This document shows positions 58,216 to 64,000 of a DNA stretch of 64,000 nucleotides, one piece after another. The notes under the pieces are model-generated. The model made no database searches. It saw nothing but the letters and a program-made list of their open reading frames with translations, and had not been told where the DNA came from. The DNA is from Saccostrea cucullata (taxonomy: Eukaryota): NCBI RefSeq assembly GCF_032062105.1, contig NW_026927880.1, positions 62,001 through 126,000 on the forward strand, read 5' to 3'. Within the stretch, counting starts at the first letter, position 1. Each line of letters opens with the position of its first letter. Position numbers and translations under genes: made by a program.

Positions 58216-58447
58216 GACTTTGACCTAAACGTTTTCTACCTTAAGACTTTAAAACACGTTTGAAACTTACAGTTTTAAACTTAATGCTATCTCTTACTAT
58301 TAAACACAAATGAATAAAAAAAAAATGGGATATGTACTTCAAATGGTTTGTCTGCAGCAATTTGAGACCCGCATATGAAGTACACTCCCGTCCTTAAAAG
58401 TTAAGCTCAAAATAACAACAAAAATTTGCTTCTCTTTTGTTTAGATC

Positions 58448-58465
58448 ATCCCACCGCTGCCACCA
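58448..58465 (-). other. Primer binding site complementary to the tRNA-Leu 3' end
   Basis: - strand TGGTGGCAGCGGTGGGAT, 5 nt inside the 5' LTR boundary; complementary to the ...ATCCCACCGCTGCCA-CCA end of metazoan tRNA-Leu(AAG/TAG). Confidence 0.85.
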
Positions 58466-58470
58466 AATTT

Positions 58471-59061
58471 TGTAATATGTACTGTGGGTTCTCCAGTCAT
58501 GGAAAAAGAAATATATATAATTTTCCTTACGTTGCCTACGTCAATAATTGATTGGTAAAAATAAACTAAACGAGAATTACGTGGAATAAAATTTACTAAA
58601 TTTGTACAAGCAATGATTCTCTAATGATTCCTCTAATGTTCCTGAGCTATCCTAGTGCTTTAGCTATCCAAGGTCTGAAATCATTTAATTGAGCTTCCAA
58701 AGCTCCCAGACCTTATATCTCAGAGCAGTGTTTCCAAACACCCTCTATAAAACTTATATTATTCCAATAGGTTTGGAACCTAATGTACCCCAAATGGTAT
58801 GTCTGCAGTATATTGAGACCCGCAAATGAGGCACAATAAATTCCTTACCTTTTTAACACGATCCACGCTGATCAGCGGCCACTGGCAGACTAACTACGAG
58901 CATCAGCGCTCGCCATTATTTATAGTTACCCAAAGACCCTAAGTCATCGTCTTTGTCTTAGTCATTAAAACGTTTAATGTTATATAGCTAATACACTAGG
59001 AAGCATCTGATTGACAACTAATTTGCATATAATTAATTTGATCAAGGAAATTTCTACTACA
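58471..59061 (-). repeat. 5' LTR with candidate TATA (58923-58917), initiator TTAGT (~58891) and splice donor (58849/58848)
   Basis: - strand CTATAAATA, then TTAGTC about 30 nt downstream, then AAAG|GTAAGG. Confidence 0.9.
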
Positions 59062-60819
59062 CCAAGTTATATTGAAATCAGACCATAACTGTAGGAGGAG
59101 TAGCATTTTGAAAGAATTTCACAGAAATTTCTATTTTTAGTAACAACGGCAACACCGTTAATGGAAATCAAAAACCGATAAACAGAATTATGTATCTTAG
59201 TGTAGTCTACTTGTGTGCCAAGTTATATTGAAATCAGACCAAAACTGTAGGAGGAGTAGCATTTTGAAAAATTGTTTACAGACAGACAGACAGACGGACA
59301 GACAGACAGACAGACGGACGGACGACGGACGCATTACTATCGCATAAGCTCTTCTGGTCTCTGACCAGTAGAGCTAAAAACGATATTACCGCAATATTGC
59401 TGCAATGTATTGCCAGAATGTTGCTGCAATATTGCGGCAATAATGCCAGAAGATGTTGCCAGAAGGTGAGTATTTTGGTAAGGGTTTTCGATACTTTTCA
59501 CTCTGGCATATGTGATGAAAAAATTAACATAAATTGAAATTTTTCATATTCTAGCTATTTTTAATCATTTTATTCCAACACGAAAAAAGTTCATAGTTTT
59601 TTACTCACTGTCTGACTGCAGTACCGGTATTACTCCTGAGCATTTAAAGTAAGTTAGAATTTCTTTCAAAGAATCGTACCTATTGTATGCATTCCTTTAT
59701 TGAATAATTTTTTTAGATTTAATATTTATTTATGAAAACATTCAAAAACAATAAAATAAATGAGAATAACGTACAGCTGGCATTAGAGTTCAAATGTCCA
59801 TTCAAACAAAATCAGGAGCATGCAGAGCTAACACGGACCTCCAAAACATCAGAGGTTGGATCGGGTGACAATACAACAAAACCTTCTGAAAACTGAAACA
59901 TTTCATCATATTTATTTTATGCACAATCCATGTCCAACAGTGTTTTTTTTTTCGGGAAATTCTAAAATTATAGAACCTTGCTCAATTTAAAATTTAAAAT
60001 GCATCCCAAATCCAAAACTGTGAAGTCAATCCACTGTCCTGTGGGTGAAACAGAACGCATATATTACACGACGATCAGAAAAAAGCCTCAGTACATTAAT
60101 TACCAAAAGTAGTTTTTGCAACTTTAGAGGGTTTATTATATAAATACTGCATGTAGTTACACTCAACTATATGCAATATTTATTATATTATACTGAATGT
60201 TTTATACAAATACAAATAATAGTGAACCGTGCGCATAAATTCTGCGCAGTCGCTATTTCTTGGAATATCACCCGTCGTCAAGCAATGTTGACTGTTGCTA
60301 CGCTGGAGGGCGTGGCTTCATTATTCACCGGGTAAAAGTGTTTTTTAACAAATGTTTCTCGACCAATCAGATTCAACTAATTTACATGAAAGTACAATAC
60401 ATGTATTTTAAATTATTGTATGAAGTCAGACTTAACATATATACTAATTTTATATTCCTTGCAAATAAATACAAAAAAGACAATTTTCTTCAAAATACGA
60501 GTAAAAATGTACATGTTTAAAGATTTATACTTAACTAATATTAACATGAATCAGTTTTTCAGCAATATAACTGAAACAATAGGGAAATCAAAGGATATTT
60601 AAGAAAAAATTACTTTAAGGATCAACAAATTTAATTATAATCGGTTTAGAAAGGTCGTATATATATGTGCTTTCAAATACATTTCTTTGGATCTAAATAT
60701 TCATGCTGAAAGCAAATGCAAGACAAATGTTCTTTTGCATTTAGAAAAAAATGTTGCAATTGCTAAAAGTTTATTTTCTTGAATAAAGGAAAGATGACAT
60801 CCGTGTAATACATTGTAAA

Positions 60820-63800
60820 ATGGAAACTGATTGGATACTAATTTATTTCGTTAATTTGGTGTGTGTTTCAGCTGTCTTCAAAGGCAAGTTTATTTCTTAA
60901 TTTAACCATCTCTTGATTGTTAATATACATTTTCAGAATAATTTTTTTATACTATAATAATTTAGAAAGATTGGGAGGGGGTTGTCACTCGCTCATTAAC
61001 AGGCACACTCATCTGTTTCCACTTCAATTTGAAATAAGCAATATCCTTTTAATCAGAGAACTTTTGTACCACAGAAAACATATAGGGGATAGGGTGGGTG
61101 AATAACCCTTATTATGTTATAATAAATATCTTTGTATTATTTAAATATATAATTAATTAAAGTAAAATTTTGAATTAGTTTTTTTTAACTTATATTTTTG
61201 TTGATATCTTTAATCTTGATAATAAGAAGGGAAGAAAGAGATTCTTTGCATTAATTTATGCAACTTAATTAGACTTGATGATGTCCATCTTTCAAAGGTA
61301 GACTCAAGTTTCACTCAATGATTTTAATCCTTCTCTCTTTTTTATCCGACAAAAATATACAAATATACAACTTGAAACTGAGTAATGTTTAATAAAAATG
61401 ACTGAACGGATTGTTCTTAATTTATTTTTCTTGGGACTTAAAAACGACGGTACAAGTATAAATTATCAATTTACGATACTTCATATTTCAAAACTTGGTT
61501 TAAAGTCATTTAAAGTAATCAAGACCATATATTGTGTTATAATGAACCAAAGGTAAAGTCATAGAACAATCAATTTCTAGAGTAGTCTGTTTTCAGACGT
61601 TAAATCGCTCAATTCAATACAGTGAATCATTTTTGGCAAACAAATTGCATATACATGCATTAAAAAGTGTACGCACCCTAAATCACCTGCTAATCCTAAT
61701 TTAAATGTTATTGCATGCATAGACATCTGGCCTGGGGGCCATGAAACATACACCAACTCACTTTTGATCTAAGTCTCAATTAATAACGGAAAAGTGAGAC
61801 CGAGTTCAAAAGTGAGCTCGTCTAAGTTTTATGGTCCCAAGGCTAGTTCTTTAATAAATTAAGTTGCATTCAGTCTTCGAGTGTGCCATTTTTATTAATC
61901 GACACTGAATTTCTTTGATGTATTTTGATGAATGCAAGACATGAGTAAAGACGTTATCGAATCCTGATTAAAACAAAACCATCACATGAGGAAAATCATG
62001 ACATTCACATAAGAACATAATGACATATACATGAGGAGAATCATAACATTCACATGAGGAAAATCATGACATTCACAAAAGAACACTGAACATATTCATA
62101 TAATGATATATACATGGGGAAAATCATGACATTCACATGAGGAAAATCATGACATTCACATAAGAACATAATGATATATACATGGGGAAAATCATGTCAT
62201 TCACATGAGGAAATCATGGCATCCATATGAGAAAAATCATGACATTCACCTTGTCAACTGATCATGGGTCGAAGTCATACCACAAACCACCTTCATTTCA
62301 AGTCTTTGTCCATTACAAAATGATTGTCCAGACAAAGATGAAAATACCTCCAATTACTTATTACAACGTAAGTGCAATAATAATTTTTGAAATCTTTTCC
62401 AATAAAAAAAGGTAGAGAAGAACCTTTTGCAAATGACTTTGTCTGTTTCAGATAAATGATACCCATACTCTTTGGTCAGTAATAAAGTCTTAGTTTTTTT
62501 TTCCAGATACGTAAAGGGTTACAGTTGCAGGCATACAAGAGGAATGTCAAAATCATTATAACCTCGCCCATTTAATGCTTTCAATGTCGCCCTCCTTTAA
62601 TATTTTAATAATCTATTTATTAAGCTGCTTATGGTGTTTGTGTATCACACCTTTTTCGTTACTCAACAGTTTGCTCTAAATATGATTTTTTTTAAACCGA
62701 GGCACACTTCTCACAGATAAGTTGATGATAGGGGGATTTTTACAACCTTGTAAGCATTTCGTAAATTCTATGGTCGTTATAAACAATCGATGAATCTTAT
62801 TTTGGCTGACCTAATGTTATGCTTTTGTTTTTATTTAGATTTGACAACGAAATGCATCCTTGATCAATTCAAAGAGCTTACAAATGAACACTCCTAGGCA
62901 CCTGATCCCACCTCTTAAGTTTGGGGGTGGGGGGGGGGGGGTGGGAGTGTCTTATTATTTTAATTAAATAGACAAATGAGTATTCTGTAACCAAAGGTAT
63001 ATTTATCGGTATAAAACTAAGTCAAAATAAGACCCACCGATTTGTTGCAATAGCAAACAAGATGATTGATTTTGCGTTATGCTGACTATAAACGAGATTG
63101 TTATAAACCATGTAACATAAACTTCTTTGTTAAGAGTTGTTCCCGTTAAACAATAGATCGTACTCACACGCTTCGCATAGAGCAACATAACACTATGTGT
63201 CCAGCAGGGCTATAAGTAAATGAGAGGACAAACATGAACATTTGGTAGGATTTTGTTTTAAGTAATCAATTTCTTATACCATTCCCCTTTCTTTTTTACG
63301 TAGCAAAGACGTGGTCTATTCTATAAGCACTGAGACAAGAATAAAAGTCCATTAATCTCACACAAAAATTTTATTTTTTGATTTTTTTTAAAACAGATGT
63401 AGTCTACATAATGGACAAATCTGGGAGTGTGAAGGAGACAGACTTTGATGAATCCGTGGACTTTGTGTACAACGTCACAGAGTACTTAGCAATCGGTTCA
63501 TCCGACATGCAAGTCAGTATAGTGGTGTTTTCCTCTTCTTATACCGAGGAATTTGATCTTAATGATCATACAGCAAAATCAGACCTACTGAATGCCATAA
63601 AGAACTTACGTGGCACAAGAACCACAGGGAGAACCTACACGTATGACGCAATTGATTACGTCAGAGAATATTCGTTCAGGTCTGCAAAAGGGGGAAGAAG
63701 TGGAGCCAGTAGAACAGTTGTGATTCTAACAGATGGATTGTCCAATAGCAAAAGTCGAACAATAACAGCTGCAGACAACCTTCGGACCGAATTAGGTGCA

Positions 63801-63951
63801 GAGGTGTTCGCTATAGGAATTGGGTCAACATTGTCAAGGTCAAATGAAGAATTGAAGGGAATTGCCAATGACCCTGATTCTTATTATGTCCACTATATTG
63901 ATACCTTTGTCTATCTTTGTAGTCTCGTTCCAGCTTTGGTTCCAAAACTTG
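60820..63951 (+). CDS. Second vWA-domain gene paralog, partial (continues past the window end)
   Basis: Exon 60820-60883 encodes the same signal peptide but uses a GC donor. Exon 63397-63951 is a 555-nt vWA exon with open frame and intact DKSGS/T/D. Confidence 0.85.
61980..62250. repeat. Minisatellite, ~21-bp unit CACATGAGGAAAATCATGACATT with higher-order variants
   Basis: Read directly; it is not visible in the equivalent intron of paralog 1. Confidence 0.85.
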
Positions 63952-64000
63952 GTATGTCAATACACGACTTTTGCTACCTGTTAATTCAAAAGAGACATAG

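Larger units (their letters stand above)
51494..59061 (-). mobile_element. Full-length Ty3/Gypsy LTR retrotransposon (7568 bp)
   Basis: 591-bp LTRs with TG..CA ends, CCAA TSD (51490-51493, 59062-59065), tRNA-Leu PBS, and domain order gag-PR-RT-RH-IN followed by an extra ORF. Confidence 0.98.
50571..59378 (-). mobile_element. Helentron/pearl-like element with a 156-bp tandem core, split by the Gypsy insertion
   Basis: Core repeats at 50785, 50941, 51097, 51253 and 51409, resuming at 59062-59270. (GACA/GACG)n at 59277-59331. Subterminal IRs AGCTCTACTGG / CCAGTAGAGCT and hairpin AGTCTCTGTGGAGACT. Inserted in an A-run of the host motif CATACGAAAAACGATATT. Confidence 0.85.
48573..59484. mobile_element. 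Non-autonomous EnSpm/CACTA-like element, the outer shell of the nest
   Basis: TT|CCCTTACCAAA ... TTTGGTAAGGG|TT: 11-bp TIR with a 2-bp TSD. Arrays of TTGCGGCAATATTGCTGC / TTGCCAGAA subterminal repeats at 48590-48770, 50360-50570 and 59380-59465. Confidence 0.75.

Noticed and set aside
58448-58465. tRNA-Leu gene
   Set aside because: Only the 18-nt 3' end including CCA is present, so it is the retroelement PBS.

Overview
AT-rich, intron-rich animal genomic DNA. The repeat landscape (pearl/Helentron-type elements with tandem cores, Kolobok- and EnSpm-like MITEs) suggests a bivalve such as a Crassostrea/Magallana oyster; that is an inference. Host genes reconstructed by hand from splice sites: (1) E(z)/EZH2 H3K27 methyltransferase, + strand, 6902-16477; (2) an unidentified 111-aa three-exon gene, - strand, 16991-18505, head-to-head with (3) TTC25/ODAD4, + strand, 18879-35354, which has microexons and a long charged tail; (4) a prolyl 4-hydroxylase alpha-like gene, - strand, 35796-39013, whose frame is intact but whose catalytic residues all appear lost; (5,6) two tandem paralogous vWA-domain membrane protein genes, + strand, 44538-48226 and 60820 to beyond the window end. 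Mobile DNA: a near-intact CR1/L2-type LINE in an ODAD4 intron, whose ORF1 and ORF2 are in frame and separated only by one TAG; a three-level nest (EnSpm-like > Helentron/pearl-like > young Ty3/Gypsy), in which the Gypsy element carries an extra zinc-finger ORF at the env position with its own splice acceptor; and many MITEs. The most interesting candidates are the Gypsy zinc-finger ORF3, the LINE stop-readthrough layout and the P4HA pseudoenzyme. No database searches were run, so novelty is unverified.
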